Shown here: piece after piece, positions 1 to 10,169 of the stretch | Layout of the letters: every line of letters starts with the position of its first letter | Numbering within the stretch: position 1 is the first letter of the stretch | Source of the DNA: Bacillota bacterium | Lineage (GTDB): Bacteria > Bacillota > Limnochordia > DTU087 | Direction of reading: 5' to 3' | DNA: 64,000 bases | Assembly (NCBI GenBank): GCA_012798955.1 | Contig: JAAZMF010000145.1 | Location: forward strand, 15,450-79,449 | Translations under genes and position numbers: made by a program | The notes under the pieces: generated by a model | What the model saw: only the letters and a program-made list of their open reading frames with translations | Told to the model about the DNA's origin: nothing | The model's database searches: none

Positions 1-2
1 TA

Positions 3-551
3 CTATTTAGCCATCCAGGGGATTTCACACCTGTCTGCACAACAGAGTTCATCGCTTTTGAACGTCTTCGCAAGGATTTTGAGGAGCTTAACTGCGAGCT
101 AGTTGGGTTATCCGTTGACCAAGTTTTTTCCCACATCAAGTGGGTAGAATGGATCAAGGAAAACCGTAACGTTGATGTGCAGTTCCCCGTCATCGCCGAC
201 GAGCTAGGCAGAGTGTCTGACGCCCTAGGCATGATTCACCCTGGTAAGGGAACTAACACCGTCCGTGCAGTATATATCATCGATGATAAAGGGGTTATTC
301 GCCTTATCTTGTACTATCCCCAGGAGATTGGGCGCAACATGGACGAAATCCTTCGGGCACTAAAAGCCCTGCAAACCCATGAGCAACATAAAGTGGCACT
401 ACCAGCCAACTGGCCCAACAACGAGGATCTAGGAGATAAGGTAATCATCCCACCGGCTGCCAATGTACGGGATGCCGAGGCTCGACTCAATGATGCTAAA
501 GCCGGCAAATTCCAGTGCTGGGATTGGTGGTTCTGCTACAAGGATCTATAG
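3..551 (+). CDS. peroxiredoxin (1-Cys / Prx6-like), 5' end cut by window edge
   Basis: Frame 3 is open from nt 3. The translation [16 protein letters not shown]... carries the peroxidatic PVCTTE motif and runs into track ORF 177..551. Confidence 0.85.
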   Translation, partial: LFSHPGDFTPVCTTEFIAFERLRKDFEELNCELVGLSVDQVFSHIKWVEWIKENRNVDVQFPVIADELGRVSDALGMIHPGKGTNTVRAVYIIDDKGVIRLILYYPQEIGRNMDEILRALKALQTHEQHKVALPANWPNNEDLGDKVIIPPAANVRDAEARLNDAKAGKFQCWDWWFCYKDL

Positions 552-565
552 GTCATTTCTAGGCT

Positions 566-604
566 GCAATTGCTTCTGGGGGATATCCAGAAGCAATTGC
601 TTTA
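566..604 (+). terminator. intrinsic terminator after the peroxiredoxin gene (possibly bidirectional)
   Basis: Perfect 14-bp inverted repeat GCAATTGCTTCTGG (566-579) / CCAGAAGCAATTGC (587-600) followed by TTT. It lies between convergent genes. Confidence 0.7.
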
Positions 605-620
605 ACCTATAGTTTTGGAG

Positions 621-2708
621 TCACCAGCCAAAGGATACATCACTAGCCCCACTAGTTCCGGCCATCAAAGACACCGCCGGTCCATAGCCACCAACCGGAG
701 TGGTCCCGTGGGCACCCATATCCCACCTACCTTGCATATCGCTGATGCCTCCGTATTCATCGAAGGTGAATTCCAGACCAAGACCCATAGAGCCGCCGGC
801 TCCCATCCCTGTCTTCGTGCCTAAGGCCCCATCCCTACTGGCTTGCTCCCCATAGACGCCTCCTCCCACACTAGCACCAATCCCAAGGCGCAAGGCTGTA
901 ACCCGTCGCTCTTTGAAGTTCCAGTCGACTCCGCCAGTGATCAGTTCGCCGCCATCTATACCCACAGTTGTGCAATCAATGGTAAGGGCAACAATACCCA
1001 GATCAATCTTGAGCTTCCCGCCGCCTTCAAAGGGGCAATCTGGAGGCTGGTTGGCTTTAGCAGTTAACCCGTCAGTGTCCACGGGATCCGCGCCATGACT
1101 ACACGGATGGTATAGACAACGAAAAAAGCTAGTAGATGCAGCTGCCCAACTCAAGGTCATATCTTGCACCTCAGTTAAGACCAAGAGCTGACGATCAATA
1201 TCAGCCATCCTAAAACTAGCCGGATCATAAATGGTAGTCAGTATAGGAGCAGAATCCTGTATGTACATTTCTAGCAACAAGCGGAGTTCGGCATAATATT
1301 GCTTAGCTTGATTTACCCATTGACCATAATATCGGCCATGCAACGCGTCCTGCGCCTCACACCAATCCTTTAGAGCTTGGGCCAGCTCTTGCTGAATCTT
1401 CTCTTCAGGGCCCCCGGCCATGGCAATGGCAAGCACTTTTTCCTGATATGTCTCAGCAAGTCCATCTAGCTCCTCCTCTAGGGGCGCTAGCACATTTGTA
1501 GTTATTTGAGTAAACAAGCCCCCATGCCTCTCCTTAAGCCGATTTAACTGCTGGACATAGTATCTTTCCAAATAGGCCAGCTGTGTGAGTTGCTTCTCAT
1601 AAGAGATCTCGCCAGCATCTGTGGTTTTCAACGCTAATCCATGATATCCGGTAACCACATCCTGCATGCTAGTAGCTACTTCTAAGCTAAGTTCATTTAA
1701 CTCTTGGCTGGATTTGGCCAAAGCAATGTAATCACTCCATTGGGGCAAGTTGGGAATACTGATCTGTGCTAGTGGAGGTGCCGAACCATCCACTACAAAA
1801 ATCGATAACCCACCCTTAACTCCCGAAGTCTGCCCTAGTTCTACATCATCCGGACCTGCCCCAAGCCCCGGCGGAATTGGTAAGGTTTCCCCATCCCCCC
1901 CTTGAGTAATCCCATCTGTCGCCTCTCCTATACCCCGTCTCACCTGAGGGGTAAAGCCATATTCCGCTGCAGCCAAATATTGCTCTAGGGCCTTGTGCCA
2001 ATCCCCGGTGGCTAGGTAGAGATCCCCCAAACATCGCAGGGCTGGAGCGTATCTGGCATCCCTAGCTATGGCTTCCAAATAGAACCCCTTGGCAGCCTCC
2101 AAATCCCCCAAATCATACAGGGAGTTGGCCAGATTTGTGATAATCACAGGAGAGTCGGGTTCTATTGATCTCGCCAACTCCAAAACAGCCACCGAGTCAT
2201 AGAGTCTTCCTAAGAGATGGAGCATAGCTCCAAGATTGCACAAGGCAAGGGCATCATCGGGCTTGTTTACAACTGCCATAGCTGCAAACACAGAAGCCAC
2301 CGACTCCGATACACCCATACCTCCTAACACTGCCGCGGCTGAGGTAATCTCCAGGACGGCGCGATGCAAAGACGCTCCATCGCCATCAAGCATTCGAAGC
2401 TTACCATCTGTGAAGCTTTTCTCTTCTAAATTCAGTCTAGCATAATGCTCATTGACAACAGCCTGGGCCAAAGCCTGCACACCATCAGTCATTTCCAGTA
2501 AATCACTGGCCAAGACGTATCCGGAAAATATCGGACTAAACACAACAATAAAGCAGAGCAAAACTACCAGCCCACTGCGCCATCTCCATGGCAAATCCTT
2601 GGATGAATCGTCCATTACCCCAGTCCCTTCATCAGCTACCAAATTCTGCCACGCAAGTATCCTAATACTCTCAAATTGCGGGGAATCCTGTCGGTATTGC
2701 TCCCCCAT
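621..2708 (-). CDS. hypothetical membrane-anchored protein with TPR-like repeats and Gly-rich C-terminal region
   Basis: 695-aa ORF. It has one hydrophobic span (GLVVLLCFIVVFSPIFSGYVLA), TPR-like helices (LGDLEAAKGFYLEAIARDARYAP, TGDWHKALEQYLAAA) and a Gly-rich end ...GASDVSFGW. It starts 9 nt after the stop of the upstream gene. I recognise no family. Confidence 0.6.
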   Translation of the reverse strand: MGEQYRQDSPQFESIRILAWQNLVADEGTGVMDDSSKDLPWRWRSGLVVLLCFIVVFSPIFSGYVLASDLLEMTDGVQALAQAVVNEHYARLNLEEKSFTDGKLRMLDGDGASLHRAVLEITSAAAVLGGMGVSESVASVFAAMAVVNKPDDALALCNLGAMLHLLGRLYDSVAVLELARSIEPDSPVIITNLANSLYDLGDLEAAKGFYLEAIARDARYAPALRCLGDLYLATGDWHKALEQYLAAAEYGFTPQVRRGIGEATDGITQGGDGETLPIPPGLGAGPDDVELGQTSGVKGGLSIFVVDGSAPPLAQISIPNLPQWSDYIALAKSSQELNELSLEVATSMQDVVTGYHGLALKTTDAGEISYEKQLTQLAYLERYYVQQLNRLKERHGGLFTQITTNVLAPLEEELDGLAETYQEKVLAIAMAGGPEEKIQQELAQALKDWCEAQDALHGRYYGQWVNQAKQYYAELRLLLEMYIQDSAPILTTIYDPASFRMADIDRQLLVLTEVQDMTLSWAAASTSFFRCLYHPCSHGADPVDTDGLTAKANQPPDCPFEGGGKLKIDLGIVALTIDCTTVGIDGGELITGGVDWNFKERRVTALRLGIGASVGGGVYGEQASRDGALGTKTGMGAGGSMGLGLEFTFDEYGGISDMQGRWDMGAHGTTPVGGYGPAVSLMAGTSGASDVSFGW

Positions 2709-2717
2709 TCAACATTC

Positions 2718-3641
2718 TTATTCGGGCAACCGTACTAACCAATTAATCCAATAGAGCATGGGTTTGGCAAGCTCCGCCGGCCCTTGTCTCCCCTCTAGAG
2801 CTTTGTCCAATAGCTCCATAGCAACATCCACCCTGGCATTAAGCATGGCTTCACCGGCTGGGGCAGTGGCTTGCTTAGGATCTCCCATATACGGGAGCAT
2901 GTCATCATCAGATACCCATGCTAGGGTATTGGCCAAATGCTGTAAATCCTTACCCCAACATTTTCCATTAAACAGCGTGCCTAGGCGGTTAATTAGCCCC
3001 GGGAGCCCTCTAGGTGCAGGTGGCAAAGATGCTGGAATATCTGTTTGTTCGGCCACTTTGGCGGAATTCACTGCCAAAAGCAAAGATGTCTCATTGGTTC
3101 CTGCATGGGCATCGGCATTATCACCACACTCTCTAGGGCCTAATCCCGTCGCAGCCATAAATCCACTATCATGCTGCACCATATAGCGAAATACCAAGTT
3201 GAAGGGACTGATCACAGCAAATCGCCACCGTCGCCAGGCTCGTTTACTAGCCCGATAGAGGGCCATCTGGTGCCGAGGCCCACCATGATTATCTGCTAGC
3301 AACAAATACTTAAACCCCTGCTTGGCTAAGCCCTTAGCATAGTCCAATATGATGGCTTCCAGGGCTGTGGCCCGCACCGATAGGCTACCACTAACAGGCA
3401 GTGCATCAGAGCCACAATATAGATCAGGCAAACATACGAGGTTAAAGCCCGGATACTTAGCGATTATCCTTTGGACATAGCGACGCTGCAGTTCCTGGGC
3501 AATAAACACATCTGTCCCCACAGGCAGATGGGGACCATGGGCTTCAATGGGACTTACTGAAAGTAGAAAAATAGTGTTCTCGCCATCTAGAGCCTCTATA
3601 TCCGACAAATTCAAGTCCACATACTGCAACACTATTGACAT
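2718..3641 (-). CDS. creatininase-family metal-dependent amidohydrolase
   Basis: Motifs SPIEAHGPHLPVGTD and ADNHGGP are typical of the creatininase / MftE family. ATG 3641 is preceded by GGAAGGGGG. The track ORF extends to 3659. Confidence 0.8.
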   Translation of the reverse strand: MSIVLQYVDLNLSDIEALDGENTIFLLSVSPIEAHGPHLPVGTDVFIAQELQRRYVQRIIAKYPGFNLVCLPDLYCGSDALPVSGSLSVRATALEAIILDYAKGLAKQGFKYLLLADNHGGPRHQMALYRASKRAWRRWRFAVISPFNLVFRYMVQHDSGFMAATGLGPRECGDNADAHAGTNETSLLLAVNSAKVAEQTDIPASLPPAPRGLPGLINRLGTLFNGKCWGKDLQHLANTLAWVSDDDMLPYMGDPKQATAPAGEAMLNARVDVAMELLDKALEGRQGPAELAKPMLYWINWLVRLPE

Positions 3642-3783
3642 AGTATCGCCCCCTTCCAATCAGCATAGTTCCAATATTCCTCCGCCTGGGGCAGACACCT
3701 CCATTTGGGGAATAAAAACCTACAAACAGCCTCCTGCCGCCTTGCGGTATAGTGCCATATCCTCCCGCCCATACTAATCAAGG

Positions 3784-5829
3784 GTGATGATCTTGGCATC
3801 TTTGAGAAACTCTATCAGTCGCTACCGCATTTTGATTGCCCTTTTAATAGTGATACCTCTAGCCCTGCTATTAGGCATTTATGTGCGGGGCTGGTTTCTT
3901 TTACGTCAATTTGAGAACACCAGCCCCATGCATGCCGCCACTTTACTAGCAGACAATGGAGAGATCCTGGCCACATTGGGAGAAGGCCCCTCCCGTTATA
4001 TACCACTTGAAACCATCCCCCTAGATATGCAAAATGCCATAGTTGCCATTGAAGATCGATGGTTCTATGAGCACCCCGGTTTCAACCCCGTGGCTATACT
4101 AAGAGCCATCTACGTCGATATCCGAGCCAAAAGAAAAGTACTCGGGGCAAGTACTATCACTCAGCAGCTGGCTAAAAACCTATTCCTAACCAGCAGGAAG
4201 ACACTTAGTCGTAAGATTGAGGAGCTAGTTCTAGCCATCATACTAGAACAACGCTATACAAAGGATCAAATACTGGAGCTTTACCTTAATCAGATCTATT
4301 TCGGCAAGGGTAGCTATGGTATTGAAGCGGCAGCTCGCACTTATCTAGGCAAATCTGCATCAGAACTAAACTTAGCCGATAGTGCTCTACTGGCTGCAAT
4401 TCCCCGCTCCCCCAGCAGTTACGACCCCTATATCAACCCAGATCTCGCATTGGAGAGGCGGAATCATGTCTTGGAGAGAATGGCAGCCCTGGACATGATC
4501 ACCGAGGCTAGTCGGGCCAAAGCATCGGCTACACCCCTTCGACTAAGCCGTCTAGAAAGGGGTCCTGCCCCCTATTTCGTCGATTATGTAAGAAAACAGT
4601 TGGAAGACAAATATGGCAGTGCCCTTGTCTACAAAGGCGGACTTCGGGTCCACACAACACTAAATATGGACTACCAAGCAGCGGCCCACGCCGCCTTTGC
4701 TGCCCAAGAGTTTCAAGGTGCCTTAGTCGCTGTAGACCCTCAGACAGGTGGTATTAGAGCTATGGTAGGTGGGCGAGACTACAGTGCTTCCCAGTTCAAC
4801 CGAGCCGTTTTGGCCTATCGCCAGCCGGGATCAGCATTCAAGCCTTTTATCTATGCAGCCGCTCTAGAGGATGGTTGGCGGCAAAACACCCTAGTTGAGG
4901 ATACCCCTAGGGAATATGCCGGCTACACGCCGGGCAATTGGCAATCACAATACTGGGGCCCAGTGGTTATGAAGCACGCAGTGGCCGTATCTTTGAACAA
5001 TGCTGCTGTATGGACCCTCCACTCCATTGGTGTCGACAAAACCATTAAGCTAGCCAAAGACATGGGAATTACTTCACTTGTTGCCGAAGACCGGAATCTC
5101 TCTCTGGCGTTAGGTGGGCTAACTAAAGGTGTAACCCCTTTGGAGCTAGCCGGGGCTTTTATCCCATTTGCCAATGGAGGGAGCCGCTATGAAGTGAGGG
5201 CCATACAAAAGGTGCTAGATCAAGATGGTCGGATCCTAGAAGAGCATCAACCCCGGGGAGTGAGAGTGATCACCGAAACCACAGCTTACTTGATCACGGA
5301 TATGCTTAAGGCAGTCTTGGAGTATGGTACAGGGAAACATTTGTCAGTCAATCGACCGGCGGCGGGAAAAACCGGCACCACCGACGAGAAAATCAGTCTC
5401 TGGTTTGCCGGTTATACCCCTAGTTTGGTCACAGTTGTCTATATAGGTGATGACCAGCGCGAGCCTTTACCCGGCTATGGTAGTAGCTTAGCGGGCCCAG
5501 TGTGGGCTGAGTTTATGGGTACCGCCCTTGCTGAGGAGCCACCCTGGGATTTTCCCATCCCCCGGGATGTAGTGACTGGGATACCCATCCACATCTTCTC
5601 AGGGCTATTGGCCAGTGAGGAATGCGAATGGGCAGTAGATAGCGCCTTTATTAGGGGCACAGAGCCTACCGAGTATGCCCCATGTAGCCCGGAGCCAGGC
5701 GGGTCAGGACAGCTTAGTGATCCTCTAGAAGGGCCCAAAACAGAGTATAATCCTACGCCCCCGAAACCACCAAATCCCTCCACAGACGAATTGGTGGAAG
5801 ACTCACCCACCGATCTGCTTGTTCAATAA
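3784..5829 (+). CDS. class A penicillin-binding protein (transglycosylase + transpeptidase, PBP1A-like)
   Basis: N-terminal TM segment. GT51 motifs EDRWFYEHPGF and GASTITQQLAKN. Transpeptidase motifs SAFKP and KTGTT. Pro-rich tail. Confidence 0.92.
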   Translation: MMILASLRNSISRYRILIALLIVIPLALLLGIYVRGWFLLRQFENTSPMHAATLLADNGEILATLGEGPSRYIPLETIPLDMQNAIVAIEDRWFYEHPGFNPVAILRAIYVDIRAKRKVLGASTITQQLAKNLFLTSRKTLSRKIEELVLAIILEQRYTKDQILELYLNQIYFGKGSYGIEAAARTYLGKSASELNLADSALLAAIPRSPSSYDPYINPDLALERRNHVLERMAALDMITEASRAKASATPLRLSRLERGPAPYFVDYVRKQLEDKYGSALVYKGGLRVHTTLNMDYQAAAHAAFAAQEFQGALVAVDPQTGGIRAMVGGRDYSASQFNRAVLAYRQPGSAFKPFIYAAALEDGWRQNTLVEDTPREYAGYTPGNWQSQYWGPVVMKHAVAVSLNNAAVWTLHSIGVDKTIKLAKDMGITSLVAEDRNLSLALGGLTKGVTPLELAGAFIPFANGGSRYEVRAIQKVLDQDGRILEEHQPRGVRVITETTAYLITDMLKAVLEYGTGKHLSVNRPAAGKTGTTDEKISLWFAGYTPSLVTVVYIGDDQREPLPGYGSSLAGPVWAEFMGTALAEEPPWDFPIPRDVVTGIPIHIFSGLLASEECEWAVDSAFIRGTEPTEYAPCSPEPGGSGQLSDPLEGPKTEYNPTPPKPPNPSTDELVEDSPTDLLVQ

Positions 5830-5886
5830 TCACAGTCCCACTATGGGTAATCGCCTGAACTACAGCTCGCCGTCGCAAAAGGAGTC

Positions 5887-6900
5887 CTATATCCGAATAG
5901 ACCCAAGCCACTCCCGAATGTCCCCCATTATCTCTTGCTCTAGGAATGTGGCGCCGATCCCGCCTAGGGCTTCCAACAGGGCTCCTTTTTCGAAGATACA
6001 ACCTTGTAGGGCAGGACTGAGGGCAAGCATCAGCTCGGGCTCCATGGCATCGGAAAAAACTTGGGCCTCTTGAATACGCCCACCTCCAAGCTTTAAGGCT
6101 AATTCCACCCCACCCCAAGGGAATCTATGTTCGAGTGTAAGATCAAAATCCGGGGTTCGCCCAAATCTCCATTCCCAAGAGGCATGTTTTCTATAGAGCT
6201 TAGGCAATTGACCTGTCCCAACCTCAATGCTGCCATCTAATATCACTTCCCCTCCTTGAGGGGCATAAATACGGCGAAAACTCTTTATTAATACGTCTCT
6301 AACTAGATCCACATTTACATGGGGGTTAAGCTCTGCCAAATTCACCACTCGAGACTGGACAGAATCAATCCCTTTGGTTGCCATCTTCTCTTTAGATACC
6401 TGCAGATAACGGCCCATTTGGGCAAAATCCGCCGCCACAAGTATAGTCCCATGATGATAGGCCCGGTTACCGTCTTTATAGAAGGCATTACCGGAAAACT
6501 TGCGGCCAGCGGCCAGAAGATCATTACGCCCTGAAAACTCAGCCGGTATGCCTAGCTCTGCCACAGCCATGAGAATCACCTGTAACTGCTTATCTAGGTC
6601 ATATTCTCGGCGGCTAGTAATAAATGTAAAGTTCAGGTTGCCTAGATCGTGATACACCGCCCCACCCCCGGAAAGGCGGCGGGCCAATTTGCCTCCTTCT
6701 TGGTGAAGTAGCTCCCACCGGCATTCTTTCCAGGCATTTTGGTTACGCCCGATCACCACTGTGTTTTGGTTTTGCCAAAGGTATAAAATCGTACCCATCT
6801 GCCGTGTCCCGTGGAGGAGCATTTCCTCCACCGCCAAATTATACCAAGGATCTACTGAACTTGAGATGGCGATACTCGCCTCAGCCCACTCAGTCTGCAA
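5887..6900 (-). CDS. lplA: lipoate--protein ligase A
   Basis: DPWYNLAVEEMLL, WQNQNTVVIGRNQN and GGGAVYHDLGNLNFTFI match LplA. The track ORF runs to 6969 but overlaps lpdA by 80 nt. TTG at 6900, next to the lpdA stop, gives an LplA-like length of about 337 aa. Confidence 0.8.
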   Translation of the reverse strand: MQTEWAEASIAISSSVDPWYNLAVEEMLLHGTRQMGTILYLWQNQNTVVIGRNQNAWKECRWELLHQEGGKLARRLSGGGAVYHDLGNLNFTFITSRREYDLDKQLQVILMAVAELGIPAEFSGRNDLLAAGRKFSGNAFYKDGNRAYHHGTILVAADFAQMGRYLQVSKEKMATKGIDSVQSRVVNLAELNPHVNVDLVRDVLIKSFRRIYAPQGGEVILDGSIEVGTGQLPKLYRKHASWEWRFGRTPDFDLTLEHRFPWGGVELALKLGGGRIQEAQVFSDAMEPELMLALSPALQGCIFEKGALLEALGGIGATFLEQEIMGDIREWLGSIRI

Positions 6901-8302
6901 GATGCAAAGCCCCACTTCCGATATCCCATGCTGCCTCCATAATGGCCTCCGGCAAGGTAGGATGGGCATGAATGGTATTGGCCACCTGCTCTGCCGTGAG
7001 CCCTTGCTGCACAGCTAGGGTGATTTCGGCAATCAAATCAGTCGCCCCGGGGCCTACGACGCCTCCACCTACCAGAATCCCCGTCTCAGCATCGGCTATT
7101 AATTTGACAAAACCACGACTATTGCCTAAAGCTAGGGCTTTGCCATTGCCTGCAAAGGGAAAGCGGCCTACCCTAATCTCAAGTCCATGGGCTTCGGCCT
7201 CCTTCTCACTTAGACCTACAGTAGCTATCTCGGGGTCAGTAAAAATGGCATTGGGAACTGCCCGATAATCCATGAGATGCTCCTCTTGCCCCATGATGTT
7301 ATTGATAGCTACGATGGCTTGATGGGAGGCCACATGGGCCAACATCATACCTCCAGTCACGTCCCCAATGGCATAGATATGACGAATACTGGTCTGCATG
7401 AGATCATTAACCACAATTCCTCCGCCCTTGGCCTGAATCTCTATGCCAAGCTCCTCAACACCCAAATCACCTAGGAAGGGGCGTCGACCCACTGCCATAA
7501 GTACCTTATCTGCCTTCACGCTTGGTATAGCTTCGCCGGTAGCAACACTTTCAAAATGCACTAAAGCCCCACCCTCAGGCGACGCTTCCATGGAAGTCAC
7601 TTTGGCCCCGGTGTGCAGTTTGACTCCAGCCATGCGAAGATTGCGTCGAGCATCTTGGGTCAAATCACTATCTAGAAGAGCTAGCACCTCGTCTAGGTAT
7701 TCAATCAAGGTGACCTTTACCCCTAGCCTGCCAAATATGAAGGCAAATTCCATGCCAATAACCCCGCCCCCGATGATAACTAGGCTTTCCGGCAACTCCT
7801 CCAGCTCTAGTGCCTGAGTGCTGTCCATCACAAAATCTAATGTGGCACCGGGTATGGGTAACTGGGCAGGCTCTGAGCCAGTGGCGATTATCATGTTTTT
7901 GGCCTGCACTAAAGTCTCTTCCCCATCTTGGATGACCTTAATGGTATGTGCATCTACAAGTTGCCCGGAACCCTTGAGAACCGTTACACCACCCTTTGCT
8001 AAAAGGGATTGCACGCCCTTGACAAGACCACCCACTACCCGGTCTTTGCGGCTTACGGCCCTCTTGTAATCCACCCTCACATTATCTGCAAGGCAACCGT
8101 ATCGATTGGCTTCTTGGAGGGTCTTATAGATTTCAGTTGTGCGGATAAGGGCCTTTGTGGGAATACATCCTCGATTTAAACAAGTACCCCCCTCTGTATC
8201 TTTTTCGATCAGCGCGACTCTAGCGCCCAACCTCGCTCCATAGATGGCTGCCACATACCCACCGGGACCAGCACCGATGATGGCAATATCAAATTCCTGC
8301 AT
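6890..8302 (-). CDS. lpdA: dihydrolipoyl dehydrogenase (E3)
   Basis: FAD motif IIGAGPGGY, redox-active GGTCLNRGCIPTK and C-terminal HAHPTLPE. Confidence 0.93.
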   Translation of the reverse strand: MQEFDIAIIGAGPGGYVAAIYGARLGARVALIEKDTEGGTCLNRGCIPTKALIRTTEIYKTLQEANRYGCLADNVRVDYKRAVSRKDRVVGGLVKGVQSLLAKGGVTVLKGSGQLVDAHTIKVIQDGEETLVQAKNMIIATGSEPAQLPIPGATLDFVMDSTQALELEELPESLVIIGGGVIGMEFAFIFGRLGVKVTLIEYLDEVLALLDSDLTQDARRNLRMAGVKLHTGAKVTSMEASPEGGALVHFESVATGEAIPSVKADKVLMAVGRRPFLGDLGVEELGIEIQAKGGGIVVNDLMQTSIRHIYAIGDVTGGMMLAHVASHQAIVAINNIMGQEEHLMDYRAVPNAIFTDPEIATVGLSEKEAEAHGLEIRVGRFPFAGNGKALALGNSRGFVKLIADAETGILVGGGVVGPGATDLIAEITLAVQQGLTAEQVANTIHAHPTLPEAIMEAAWDIGSGALHLAD

Positions 8303-8372
8303 CCCATATCAGCCTCCCTTTTGTGCCAATCAACCTCAAGCACAGGTTCCATTAATACTATTAATACTACCC

Positions 8373-9017
8373 TTAGCTATTACCGGCTAGTGTGACATTC
8401 ATTAGGTCCCGAGCAGCCCTTTCGATGGCACTATAATCCTTGTCCTTAACGGCTTGATGGGGTATGAGTGAACCACCGACCCCCAAGGCCATCGCCCCGG
8501 CCTTTAGATAGTCCTTGGCATTAGCCTGAGAGATACCCCCAGTGGCCATTAACGGAATATGAGGTAGTGGCCCTCTGATGCTGCGCAGGTATTCAGTGCC
8601 AAGCGCCCCTGCGGGAAATAGCTTGACGATATCAGCCCCATGTTCATAGGCGGCAAGGATCTCCGTCGGGGTCATGGCCCCGGGTATTATGGGTTTCCCG
8701 TAGCGCAAACAAACCTCAATAGTGCTGGGATTTAGTGTTGGAGTAACGACAAAATCTGCCCCTGCCAAGAACATGATGCGGGCTGTCTCTCCATCTAGTA
8801 CAGTACCTACTCCCACAGCTACAGAGTCAGGTAGGCCTTTACGCACCCGCTGAATAATCTCCGTAATCCCCGGCGTTTCCGCAGTAAACTCAAGAACTCT
8901 AAGACCACCCTCCACTAATGCCCGGGCGATATCATAGGCCGATTCCAGTGGGACCCTCCGCACAATCCCCACAACTTTTGTCGCCTCGATGGCAGACAGC
9001 ACAGATTGCTTTTCCAT
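8373..9017 (-). CDS. eda: KHG/KDPG aldolase (Eda family)
   Basis: VVGIVRR..., GVGTVLD, IIPGAMTPTEI, VKLFPA and MATGGIS are typical class I Eda aldolase motifs. Confidence 0.85.
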   Translation of the reverse strand: MEKQSVLSAIEATKVVGIVRRVPLESAYDIARALVEGGLRVLEFTAETPGITEIIQRVRKGLPDSVAVGVGTVLDGETARIMFLAGADFVVTPTLNPSTIEVCLRYGKPIIPGAMTPTEILAAYEHGADIVKLFPAGALGTEYLRSIRGPLPHIPLMATGGISQANAKDYLKAGAMALGVGGSLIPHQAVKDKDYSAIERAARDLMNVTLAGNS

Positions 9018-9053
9018 ATAATCTTACCCCTCTTCGTAGGATGAAAAACCTTA

Positions 9054-9092
9054 GCAAAAAGGCGGCCCTCGCCCTCTGGCTAAAGACCGCCT
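9054..9092 (-). terminator. intrinsic terminator after rpsI
   Basis: Minus strand reads AGGCGGTCTTT...GAGGGCCGCCT followed by TTTTTGC, a stem of about 10 bp including G-U pairs. It starts 21 nt after the rpsI stop. Confidence 0.7.
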
Positions 9093-9112
9093 CACACCTA
9101 TCATGCTTGATA

Positions 9113-9511
9113 TTAACGTTTGGAGAACTGAGGAGCCCGTCTGGCTTTCTTCAGGCCATACTTGTGTCGCTCTTTCATCCTGGGATCCCTAGTTAGATAA
9201 CCTGCCCGTTTTAGAGCAGGGCGCAGTTCCTCATCATACTCCAAAAGAGCCCTGGCGATACCGTGGCGGATGGCGCCGGCTTGTCCTGACATGCCACCTC
9301 CGCCCACGTTCACTAAGACGTCAAATTTACCATCTGTCTCCGTCAACACCAAAGGCTGACGGCAAATGGTCTTCAAAACGTCACGGCCAAAATACTCTTC
9401 CATGGGTCGCTTGTTTATGGTAAAGTTGCCGGTCCCTGGTCTTAGGTATACACGAGCAACGGAATGCTTCCTTCGTCCTGTACCATAATACTGGTTTAGA
9501 TCTTTAGCCAC
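9113..9511 (-). CDS. rpsI: 30S ribosomal protein S9
   Basis: [21 protein letters not shown]... ending ...APQFSKR. Follows rplM. Confidence 0.97.
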   Translation of the reverse strand: MAKDLNQYYGTGRRKHSVARVYLRPGTGNFTINKRPMEEYFGRDVLKTICRQPLVLTETDGKFDVLVNVGGGGMSGQAGAIRHGIARALLEYDEELRPALKRAGYLTRDPRMKERHKYGLKKARRAPQFSKR

Positions 9512-9558
9512 CTACATATCCCCCCTTTCACCCTTTTGCATATGTCTATCTTACCCTG

Positions 9559-10011
9559 CTATCTGATAGCTTCCCGAACTTCCAAAGGCTGGGGCATCTG
9601 AGCTGCATGGGGGTGATCCGGCCCGGCATACACCTTCAGCTTAGTAAGCTGTTGCCTAGACAGTTTGTTCTTGGGCAACATACCCCAAACAGCCTTCCGA
9701 ATGACCTCTTCAGGTTTTCTGGCCAACAGCTCCCCTGCTGTTCTACTGCGTATACCGCCGGGGTAACCGGTGTGCCAGTAATAGGTCTTTTGCTCCCGCT
9801 TCTTGCCGGTGAGCTTAACTTTCTCAGCATTTACCACGATCACAAAATCCCCGGTGTCCATATGGGGTGTAAACTGGGGTTTGTGCTTACCTCTAAGGAT
9901 AGTGGCAATCTCTCCCGCAAGGCGACCTAACACCTTGTCTTCTGCATCGATCACATACCATTTCCTGTCAATATCTGCGGGTCTAGCCATATACGTCTTA
10001 CCTTTTTCCAT
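9559..10011 (-). CDS. rplM: 50S ribosomal protein L13
   Basis: [17 protein letters not shown]...LRGKHKP. ATG 10011 has AAAGGGGGG 7 nt upstream. The track ORF extends to 10035. Confidence 0.95.
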   Translation of the reverse strand: MEKGKTYMARPADIDRKWYVIDAEDKVLGRLAGEIATILRGKHKPQFTPHMDTGDFVIVVNAEKVKLTGKKREQKTYYWHTGYPGGIRSRTAGELLARKPEEVIRKAVWGMLPKNKLSRQQLTKLKVYAGPDHPHAAQMPQPLEVREAIR

Positions 10012-10169
10012 TGACTTTCCCCCCTTTGCGAACACAGTTGTATAGTACCCATTCTCGAACTGTGACGCAGCGGCCGGGGCTATGTACCGCGGCGATTAGT
10101 CAAGAACCGGTGATATTCCTCTAAACCTAGAATAGCCCAGTAGCAACGCTACCGGGTTTACCGTATCCA
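10012..10169 (-). promoter_or_regulatory. rplM-rpsI 5' leader of about 150 nt (candidate autoregulatory L13-type leader)
   Basis: Distance between the predicted -10 box and the rplM start. Contains local hairpins such as GTAGCgttGCTAC. L13 leaders are known in Bacilli, but I cannot verify the fold by eye. Confidence 0.3.
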
